This document shows, piece by piece, positions 57,312-64,000 of a stretch of DNA of 64,000 bases (positions are counted from its first letter, which is position 1; every line of letters starts with the position of its first letter). The stretch is taken from NCBI GenBank assembly GCA_015493745.1, contig WGCN01000013.1, positions 10,733-74,732 of the forward strand. Direction: 5' to 3'. This DNA is from Calditrichales bacterium. GTDB lineage: Bacteria > Calditrichota > Calditrichia > Calditrichales > J004. The notes beneath the pieces are model-generated. The model had not been told where the DNA came from. It searched no databases and worked only from the letters and a program-made list of their open reading frames with translations. Position numbers and translations under genes: made by a program.

Positions 57312-58413
57312 TTAACTGTTTCCAAAATTGACCAGGTATGATTTTATAAAGGCATCGATATCACCGTCCATTACCGCCTGGGTATTGCTGGTTTCTTCAT
57401 TGGTGCGGTGATCCTTAACCATGTTGTAGGGATGAAAAACATAGCTGCGAATCTGGCTGCCCCAGGCAATATCCTTTTTCGCGCTCTCCATCTCCTTATA
57501 TTTTTCCTTTTGCTCCTCCAACTGTTTTTGATAGAGCTTGGCCGCCAGAATTTTCATGGCATTGGCCCGGTTTTGATGTTGCGACCGTTCGTTTTGGCAT
57601 TGCACGACAATGCCCGTGGGTAAATGGGTTATGCGAATGGCCGAGTCGGTCTTGTTCACATGCTGACCGCCGGCGCCGCTGGCCCGGTAGGTATCCACGC
57701 GCAAATCGGCCGGATTAATCTCGATATCTATGCTCTCATCAATCTCCGGCAACACAAACACCGAGGCAAACGACGTGTGTCTTCTTTTGTTCGAATCAAA
57801 GGGTGAAATACGCACCAGGCGGTGCACACCGGCCTCGGCCTTCAGATAGCCATAGGCGTAGGTGCCCTGTATTTCGATGGTTACACTTTTTATACCCGCT
57901 TCATCCCCGGATTGCAGATCCATTATTTCCGTTTTAAAGCCTTTTCTTTCCGAATAGCGCAGATACATGCGCATAAGCATTTCCGCCCAGTCCTGGCTTT
58001 CCGTTCCGCCCGCGCCGGGATGGATGGTTAATATGGCATTGTTTTTATCATGCTCGCCGCCCAGCATGCGTTTAAATTCAAGCTCCGAAACCGCTTTTTT
58101 CAGATCGGACAGCGCTTTTTCAAAATCCTTTTCTATTTCGGGATCGGGGGATTCTTCATTCATCTCCAGTAAAATCTGGGCATCTTCCGCATGGCTTTTG
58201 GCCTGATTCCAGGCCTCTATCCAATCCTTACGGCTGTTTATCTCCGCATATATCTGTTTTACCGCTTTTTTATCATCCCAAAAACCGTCGGCCGTGGTTC
58301 GGGCTTCCAGCCCGGCAAGTTCTTTTTCTTTTGTATCCAGGTCAAAGATGCCTCCGCAGATCGGAAAGCTTCACGGAAAGGGATTTAAATAACTGGACAA
58401 GGTCATTATTCAT
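57312..58413 (-). CDS. prfB: peptide chain release factor 2 (requires programmed +1 ribosomal frameshift)
   Basis: The track shows only 57312..58163. Hand translation from ATG 58413 gives MNNDLVQLFKSLSVKLSDLRRHL then an in-frame TGA. Shifting +1 at CTT TGA C continues DLDTKEKELAGLEARTTADGFWDDKKAVKQIY... into the track ORF. SPF and GGQ motifs are present (RISPFDS, SGAGGQHVNKTDSA). Confidence 0.9.
58341..58355 (-). other. RF2 autoregulatory +1 frameshift site
   Basis: Minus strand reads GGAGG CAT CTT TGA C. The internal SD-like GGAGG (58351-58355) lies 3 nt before the CTT slippery codon (58345-58347), followed by UGA (58342-58344) and then C. Confidence 0.85.
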
Positions 58414-58497
58414 GGTTTATGTTCTTTATAATTACTGGTAAAAGATGGGTAATTTAGGGGATATAAAAAATGCAGGCAAGAAAAGAGGCATATAAAT

Positions 58498-58525
58498 AAA
58501 AAAAGCTGCCCGAAACCGGACAGCT
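58498..58525 (-). terminator. rho-independent terminator ending the six-gene envelope operon
   Basis: Minus strand AGCUGUCCGGUUUCGGGCAGCU forms a stem of about 9 bp with one mismatch, followed by U7. Confidence 0.6.
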
Positions 58526-58546
58526 TTATAAAAATTTTGGCACTTA

Positions 58547-59683
58547 TTAGAAGTCACCGCCTTCATCTTCAAGAATTTGTTTCAACTCTTCCAGTTCCTG
58601 TTCGGCGGCTTCGCGCTCTTCCTGGAGCTTATCGAGTTCTTCCTTGATATTTTCGGATTTTTCACGTTCCTCGATAATTTCCTGGAAAAACTCCACGCGC
58701 TTGTTAAACTGTTTTTGCTGAACAGCGGCCGGACTGTTTCCAACGGCATCGGTGAGAGGAAGCAGGGTCAGTTCAAAACCCAGGTGTGCTTTCCAGGCCG
58801 TATAGTTCGGCAGACCGACGCTTTCATACTTGTTAACACCCACACTTTCATCCACATCGGAACTGACACGGATATCAACGCCCAGGTTAAAATTGAACCA
58901 GCTAAACGGCTTATACTTTATGCTGGGGGTCAGGTATGTCCAGTTTTCACGGGCATATACAAACTCATCGGGCTGGGTAAGATAGCTTAAGCCAAAGACT
59001 TCCAGTTGAAAATCAAACATATCGGTCGGGTATACAAAGCCGATGGCATAATTCAAGGCATTGGAGTTAACCGTGGCAAATTTATCCTTATACACTTCGG
59101 TACCGGCCTCATTGTAGTTCCACCATCCCACGGTAAGGTGAGCGCTCAGGCTGCGATCGGGAAGATAGGGATCGGCGTAGTAGGACAAAATACCGCTGAC
59201 GCCATACTCAACCGCGCCACTGGCATAGTAGGTAAAAGGGTAGTTATGATCTTCACCCAGGGGGAAGCGTGTGCCCACCGTAAAACCGGCGTACATGCTT
59301 CTGTCGGCAAAGTCAAAGGAGCCGACTTTGGCAAAAACGCGGATATCATCCGGGAGATTGTATTCATTCGGAGTGTGGGTATCCTGGTAAAGACCGGGAA
59401 TAACGGTAATATCAAAATGATCGACAACTCCGTAGGTCAGAGACAGGGCGCTGTTGACCAGCCAATAGTTGGCCGCTTTGAAATTCGCCGGCTTCAAAGT
59501 CTGATTACCGACAAACTCGGCAAGCTTGGTAAAAAAGTTCATATCCGTCCGCACTTCAAACCGTCCCGGCTCAAAAGTACGTGCCGTTTGAGTATTTAAT
59601 AAACTTTTACTGCCTGTCGGCGCTTGTGCAAAAGTTAGTGAAAAAAGTGCGCTTATCAGCAGATAGTAGCTGATTCTTTTCAT
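58547..59683 (-). CDS. outer-membrane beta-barrel protein with C-terminal charged coiled coil (paralogue 2)
   Basis: 378 aa. Signal peptide ...LFSLTFAQA. Beta-strand-rich body. C-terminus EEREKSENIKEELDKLQEEREAAEQELEELKQILEDEGGDF. AGGAGG SD. Confidence 0.7.
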   Translation of the reverse strand: MKRISYYLLISALFSLTFAQAPTGSKSLLNTQTARTFEPGRFEVRTDMNFFTKLAEFVGNQTLKPANFKAANYWLVNSALSLTYGVVDHFDITVIPGLYQDTHTPNEYNLPDDIRVFAKVGSFDFADRSMYAGFTVGTRFPLGEDHNYPFTYYASGAVEYGVSGILSYYADPYLPDRSLSAHLTVGWWNYNEAGTEVYKDKFATVNSNALNYAIGFVYPTDMFDFQLEVFGLSYLTQPDEFVYARENWTYLTPSIKYKPFSWFNFNLGVDIRVSSDVDESVGVNKYESVGLPNYTAWKAHLGFELTLLPLTDAVGNSPAAVQQKQFNKRVEFFQEIIEEREKSENIKEELDKLQEEREAAEQELEELKQILEDEGGDF

Positions 59684-59713
59684 TGCGACCTCCTAAACAT
59701 GATAGAGACGTTT

Positions 59714-60859
59714 TTATTCATCATCTAATAATTTTTTAAGTTCTTCAATTTCCTTCTCGGCATTCTTACGAATACTCCTGAGGTTTTCAATTTCGTCCTG
59801 GACGGCTTCGGCTTTTTCCTTCTCTTCAATGACGGTTTCAAACAGTTCTACCTGTTTTTTGGCCTTGGCCTGCTGATAATTTATAACACTTGTTTTTTCC
59901 GAGGAAAGAACATTCAGATTGACATTAAAACCCATGTGTACCCGCCAGTCGGGAAAGTTGGGCGGCAGATCGACGGTGGAGCTGATATCGGGAATACCGC
60001 TGGTATTATTTCGGTCAGCGGGTGAAACACGAAAATCCATACCAAAATCGGTGGAGAGCCATTTAAAAGGCTTATAACGGATGCTGGGCGAGATAAAAGC
60101 CCACTCTTCCGCGCTATAGACATAGGGGTCTGGCTGCTGAATAAACAGTATACCGGTCAATTCCATCCTGAAATCAAACAATCCGGTGGGATAGCTGAAA
60201 GCCAGGGCCATGCGAAAATCACTGGAATTTACGGTGGCCTTCAAGGTATTGCCATTGGGATAGGTATACAGGGTGGTTCCCAACTCATTATAATTCCACC
60301 AACCGGCGTTAAAGTGTGCGTTAAACCCGCGCTCGGGCAGATAGGGATCGGCATAGTATGAAACGGCATACATAAAGGCATACTGAAAAGAAGCCGGAGC
60401 AAACTCGGTAAAAGGATAGTTATGCACCTCACCCGTCGGGAAACGGAAACTGGTTAAAAAACCCTGGGAAAAGTGATTACGTCCGAATTTAAATCCGCCG
60501 GCCTTGACGGTCAGAAAGATATCATCTGGGAAATTAAATTCATTGGGGTAATGGGTATCCTGATAGGCGCGCACGGCCAGGGTTGCATCCAGATGTTCCA
60601 TTATGCCATAGGTAAAAACGGCGTTACCGGCCACCAGCCAGTAGTTCACCGCCTGAAAATTGGCCGGTGTCAGGCCCTGTCCGATAAAATCGCCAACCTT
60701 AGAGTAAAAGTTCATTTCACTGTAAATACTCAACTGTCCGGGCTCATAGGTACGCCCTGTTTGAGTATAGTAAAATGTCCTTTCACCATTGGGCAATTGC
60801 GCAAAGGACAACTGAACTAATATGAAAAAACTGAGAATTGTAACAATGTTCTTTTTCAT
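59714..60859 (-). CDS. outer-membrane beta-barrel protein with C-terminal charged coiled coil (paralogue 1)
   Basis: 381 aa. Signal peptide ...LVQLSFAQ. About 70 of 136 residues are identical to 58547..59683 in a gap-free hand-aligned block (PANF.A.NYWLV...YQDTH.PNE.N.PDDI...HNYPFT...SYYADPYLP.R...GWWNYNE.GT.LY). C-terminus EEKEKAEAVQDEIENLRSIRKNAEKEIEELKKLLDDE. Confidence 0.7.
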   Translation of the reverse strand: MKKNIVTILSFFILVQLSFAQLPNGERTFYYTQTGRTYEPGQLSIYSEMNFYSKVGDFIGQGLTPANFQAVNYWLVAGNAVFTYGIMEHLDATLAVRAYQDTHYPNEFNFPDDIFLTVKAGGFKFGRNHFSQGFLTSFRFPTGEVHNYPFTEFAPASFQYAFMYAVSYYADPYLPERGFNAHFNAGWWNYNELGTTLYTYPNGNTLKATVNSSDFRMALAFSYPTGLFDFRMELTGILFIQQPDPYVYSAEEWAFISPSIRYKPFKWLSTDFGMDFRVSPADRNNTSGIPDISSTVDLPPNFPDWRVHMGFNVNLNVLSSEKTSVINYQQAKAKKQVELFETVIEEKEKAEAVQDEIENLRSIRKNAEKEIEELKKLLDDE

Positions 60860-60927
60860 TCAAGACTCCTACAGTCTTTTTTAAGCATAAAGGTGAAAAA
60901 TTTAAACAAAAACCTCGTAATAAGAAA

Positions 60928-61416
60928 CTATTTCACACGTGATGCTAAAACAAACACGTTTGCAATAATAGCTAAATCTCGCATTAAACCGACAAATCTT
61001 GAAAAAATATCCTGAATACTTCCGGCGACGATTATGGTATCCCCCGGTTGTAGCTGAGGTAACAAACTGTTATCACCGGTTTTCAGGAATTGTTCGATGT
61101 CAACTTTAATAACTTCCTGGTTCTTCCGTACGATCCGAACGTCATTCATCCGCGCCGTACTCAGAGGGCCCCCGGCTGATGATATTAAATCGATCAGGGT
61201 GTAGAAACTGGGAATACTGTAAATGCCCGGTCGACCCACATGCCCCCATAAATTGACATTTACTAAAAGTATATCGCCACTTCCGAGGATATATTGAGCA
61301 GGTTTATCAGAAAATTGTGAAGATGCCGCATTAAATTGCGGTACCTGGTCAAAAGATTGTGCAAAAGAGAAATTAAATGCGCCTATAACAAAAAAAATGA
61401 GTAGCGTTTTTTTCAT
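60928..61416 (-). CDS. small polysaccharide-export-like protein (Poly_export/SLBB, mini-Wza)
   Basis: 162 aa. Signal peptide. YILGSGDILLVNVNLWGHVGRPGIYSIP (Poly_export motif) and LQPGDTIIVAGS (SLBB end). C-terminal hydrophobic helix LAIIANVFVLA. The start abuts the upstream stop. Confidence 0.7.
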   Translation of the reverse strand: MKKTLLIFFVIGAFNFSFAQSFDQVPQFNAASSQFSDKPAQYILGSGDILLVNVNLWGHVGRPGIYSIPSFYTLIDLISSAGGPLSTARMNDVRIVRKNQEVIKVDIEQFLKTGDNSLLPQLQPGDTIIVAGSIQDIFSRFVGLMRDLAIIANVFVLASRVK

Positions 61417-62184
61417 TTAGTTACCCCAATCAATAGAAAAAGTAGCCCAGTCCGATTCAGATCCATTGTGAAGCGGGTCCCCCGCCAGCAAGTCGACACG
61501 CCACCTGTACTCAACATCATCTTGAAAAACCTGTAGCTCCCGGTTATTCATTGTATATGTAAATTGTGTTTGTCCAAAGCCACCTTGCAGGGGATTTTCC
61601 ATGTACAGATAGACCAATTCCCTGAAATTGGCACCAATCAGGCGTTCAATGCGGAATATATAGCCGTTTGGAAAAGCATCAGAAGGAACGTTAAAGGTAA
61701 ATCCTAAACTATCCGGTTTAACTACCCGCCCTTTTGGAAAACCCGGTGTCGCTTTGGGCAATAAATTATACCAAACCGTATCCGAAGGCAAGCTCTCTTT
61801 TCCCTCATCATTCACGGCGGTTATAAAATAGTAATACTTTGTAAAAATAGACAGGGAATCCAGATCCACAAAAGTGGTGTCATCGTTATTTTCCGCTTCC
61901 TGCTGCCCGATAAAGCGATAGTTGGCCAGCCCTTGCGGATCCTGGGAACGGTATATTTTATATCGGGCCACCCCTTGCGTTGAGGGCTGGCGGTACCACA
62001 TGATACGTATGGCATTTTCACGACGCGCCACGGCGTCAATACCGCGCTCATTTAAGGTTGTATCCGCCCCGGCTTCTTTTTGCACCATCCGCGGCGCATC
62101 CGGCGCCTTGGAGGTATCGGATCCCGTGGGCGTACACGCCCACATCAGCCCGGCAAGCACTAAGATGTAAAAAACTTTTTTCAT
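61417..62184 (-). CDS. lipoprotein with fibronectin-type-III-like domain(s)
   Basis: 255 aa. Lipobox in VLAGLMWACTP. IRIMWYRQPSTQGVARYKIYRS...YYYFITAVNDEGKESLPS is FN3-like. ATGA overlap with the PorV stop. Confidence 0.7.
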   Translation of the reverse strand: MKKVFYILVLAGLMWACTPTGSDTSKAPDAPRMVQKEAGADTTLNERGIDAVARRENAIRIMWYRQPSTQGVARYKIYRSQDPQGLANYRFIGQQEAENNDDTTFVDLDSLSIFTKYYYFITAVNDEGKESLPSDTVWYNLLPKATPGFPKGRVVKPDSLGFTFNVPSDAFPNGYIFRIERLIGANFRELVYLYMENPLQGGFGQTQFTYTMNNRELQVFQDDVEYRWRVDLLAGDPLHNGSESDWATFSIDWGN

Positions 62185-63173
62185 AATTGAAATAATAATG
62201 ATATCCTATAGGTATTTCCCAGATCATGGCTCTGATAGGCTATGTCTGTACGTAATTTCCAAATATATAACCCCATGCCGGCCGTAAAGTTACTTTCATT
62301 AAGCCCGACACGCAGGGCAAGAAGTTGGTCATATAATAATTCGGCCCCAAAATGGCTGGCCCCTTCGTAGCGGCTGTCCAGATCAAAGGCAAAGGTAAAC
62401 TGACTGCTTACAAAATCCAGCGGTTGAATTATGGCAAAACCATATTTGAAATTACGTGAAATAACATCCGTCCGTTTGGAGGCGGTATCCCAGGTAAGCT
62501 TGGTTTCAAACAGATCCTGAGCATTTATTCCAAAAACCAATTTACCATAATTTTCATCATTAAACACATCATTCAGGCCTAATTTTATAATCATGCCCAA
62601 ATCCACACCGATGCCGTTTCCGGAATTGGTATCGATGCTTTCCCGAATCACCTTGATGTTACCGCCGAAGCCAAAATCTATGGGCAGTTCAAAATATTGC
62701 CAGCCTAAATCCACCAATACCTGTTTATATTTGGCAAAGCTGAAGACAAAAGCATCGCTGGCTGCGGAGAAATAACCGGTCGGCTCACCGATCAACTGAT
62801 CAAACTGGTCACCGTTAACACGGTCGTCATCGGGATTAAAGCCGGGATAGCGTGGAATATCATCCACGCTCAGGCGCATCCAGGAAGCGGAAATGGTTAC
62901 GCCGCCAAAAATGGGCATGGCCGCGCTTACAAAACTTTGGTTCTGCTGCTGATCAAACATATTGGCATACATGGAGGCTGCCTGAAAACTTTCAATAAAA
63001 GCCAGACCACTGGGATTCCAGTACCAGCCATAGGCGTCATCGGCAATGGCCACCGAAGCGCTGCCCATGCCCAGGGCCTTGGCGCCAACCCCTAATTCCA
63101 GAAATGAGCCGGCATATTCGCCGGCATTTATGCTGCTTGCATATATAATCAGAAGTGTTAATATTTTTCTCAT
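62181..63173 (-). CDS. PorV-type T9SS outer-membrane shuttle protein (paralogue 4 of 4; best PorV candidate because of its PorU-like neighbour)
   Basis: 330 aa. Signal peptide. GAKALGMGSASVAIADDAYGWYWNPSGLAF. Ends ...YRISLLFQL. ATGA overlap with the upstream CTD protein. Confidence 0.75.
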   Translation of the reverse strand: MRKILTLLIIYASSINAGEYAGSFLELGVGAKALGMGSASVAIADDAYGWYWNPSGLAFIESFQAASMYANMFDQQQNQSFVSAAMPIFGGVTISASWMRLSVDDIPRYPGFNPDDDRVNGDQFDQLIGEPTGYFSAASDAFVFSFAKYKQVLVDLGWQYFELPIDFGFGGNIKVIRESIDTNSGNGIGVDLGMIIKLGLNDVFNDENYGKLVFGINAQDLFETKLTWDTASKRTDVISRNFKYGFAIIQPLDFVSSQFTFAFDLDSRYEGASHFGAELLYDQLLALRVGLNESNFTAGMGLYIWKLRTDIAYQSHDLGNTYRISLLFQL

Positions 63174-64000
63174 TGAAGCCGCGCTATTTTAAGTTTCTTG
63201 GTCACATTAAATTTCTTACCGGTAAACTGGTCTTCAAACTCTGCCTTGATAAGCGCAAAATAAACGCCGTTGGCAACGTCATTGCCGTTATCATCGGAGC
63301 CATCCCATTCCAATTCATGATATCCGGTGTCCAGCAGCTTATCATCACTCTCCACATTGTTAGGCGCATGCAGCTGCTTGGAACGTATCAGATGCCCCGA
63401 TACCGTATAAATTCGCACACTCAAGCGGGAGAGGGGCCCGGTAAAACTGTTGGTATAGGATATGATGGTACTCTCGGCAAAAGGATTGGGATAGTTACCA
63501 TGTACTATAAGGTCATTTGATGCCGAGACGCTAAAAACACGCTCCACCTGCTGAACATTGCCATTGATATCCGATATGGAAATACTCAGGGAGTGATTAC
63601 CCCGTTCAAATTCCGGGGCCAGCAGCACGGCAATACTGTTGGCGCTTTCGATGGTGTCGGGTAAAACGATATCCGCATTGTCCAACACCACGTTATCCAG
63701 CTTGATTTCCAGACTTCCGTTCAGATCCACGCCGTTTTCATCCTGTAATAAAAAGGCCAGGGCCGGACGTGAACGCACCAGCATGTTATTGCGCAAGGGA
63801 CGACCGTTGGCGGTAATTTCAATTTGTGGCGCCTTACTGTCTTTAAAGCTAAACACACCATACAAGCCGTTTTGTGTTATCAAGGCCGTTAACCGGCTAT
63901 TGTCCCTCTCCGTGGCCACCTTTACCCATAAACCTAAATCGGGATTAAACCTGAAAAAGGAGATGGCTTCCCGTTCCGGCGGAGAATAGAGGGTTGCATC
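63170..64000 (-). CDS. C-terminal part of a large CTD-bearing protein, PorU (C25-type T9SS sortase)-like; gene continues beyond the right edge
   Basis: The reading frame is open from base 64000 (DATLYSPPEREAISFFRFNPDLGLWVK precedes the track GTG start). DSKAPQIEITANG...LLQDENGVDLNGSLEIKLD...GNHSLSISISDINGN resembles the pre-CTD region of PorU/C25 proteins as I recall it. CTD NYPNPFAESTIISY...VANGVYFALIKAEF. The catalytic domain is outside the window. Confidence 0.7.
   Translation of the reverse strand, partial: DATLYSPPEREAISFFRFNPDLGLWVKVATERDNSRLTALITQNGLYGVFSFKDSKAPQIEITANGRPLRNNMLVRSRPALAFLLQDENGVDLNGSLEIKLDNVVLDNADIVLPDTIESANSIAVLLAPEFERGNHSLSISISDINGNVQQVERVFSVSASNDLIVHGNYPNPFAESTIISYTNSFTGPLSRLSVRIYTVSGHLIRSKQLHAPNNVESDDKLLDTGYHELEWDGSDDNGNDVANGVYFALIKAEFEDQFTGKKFNVTKKLKIARLQ

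Noticed and set aside
60861-60886. Hairpin AGACT-CCTAC-AGTCT followed by T6 on the plus strand, which looks like a terminator.
   Set aside because: There is no plus-strand gene to terminate. On the coding minus strand the U-run precedes the stem, and the stem contains the AGGAG SD of gene 59714..60859. The resemblance is coincidental.
1-64000. Search for CRISPR arrays, tRNA/rRNA/tmRNA/SRP RNA/RNase P RNA, transposases, integrases, phage genes, toxin-antitoxin or known defence systems.
   Set aside because: All intergenic regions over 100 nt were read on both strands. None shows repeat-spacer periodicity, cloverleaf-compatible tRNA sequences or conserved ncRNA boxes. No ORF shows DDE, tyrosine- or serine-recombinase, nuclease or helicase defence signatures apart from recG. 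I conclude the window is core chromosome, not a mobile or defence island.

Overview
This is a 64-kb chromosomal segment from a Gram-negative bacterium that uses a type IX secretion system (T9SS). Five proteins end in type-A CTD (Por-tail) sorting domains and there are four PorV/PorQ-type barrels, so it most likely belongs to the FCB (Fibrobacterota-Chlorobiota-Bacteroidota) radiation. AGGAGG Shine-Dalgarno sites and TTGACA/TATAAT-like promoters argue against classical Bacteroidia. I cannot place it further without a database search.

I count 50 protein-coding genes, 48 of them on the minus strand, mostly separated by under 50 nt or overlapping. I recognise no rRNA, tRNA, CRISPR, transposase, integrase, phage or defence gene.

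Housekeeping blocks:
- dprA-obg
- amidase-murI
- ffh, then rpsP-KH-rimM-trmD-rplS
- rsmB, dapF, manC, accA, purE, recG
- lolD-lolC
- prfB-lysS, where prfB carries the classical +1 frameshift that the ORF track splits

The interesting content is four cell-envelope or secretome modules lying between those blocks:
- A: TonB-dependent receptor, then a 1111-aa CTD protein, then a PorV-like barrel (7.7-15.2 kb). A BNR-repeat CTD protein and a gluzincin CTD protease lie next to it.
- B: promoter, then a structured leader ending in a terminator hairpin, then a PorV-like barrel, a second terminator, a catalytically degenerate M6-like CTD protein, a gluzincin/TolB-propeller/barrel chimera, and two paralogous membrane proteins (33.4-42.7 kb).
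- C: a PorU-like sortase (partial, right edge) and PorV, translationally coupled to an FN3 lipoprotein, a mini-Wza SLBB protein and two paralogues that each join a beta-barrel to a coiled coil (58.5-64 kb). This is my best candidate for an undescribed system.
- D: a polyprenol-phosphate-mannose synthase plus a DUF2723 GT-C enzyme with TPRs, a UPF0104 flippase-like protein and a GT2 enzyme. This could be a periplasmic mannosylation module (43.7-51.8 kb).

All family names come from motifs read by eye in the supplied translations. No homology search, fold prediction or statistics were run. Functional links between neighbouring genes are inference.
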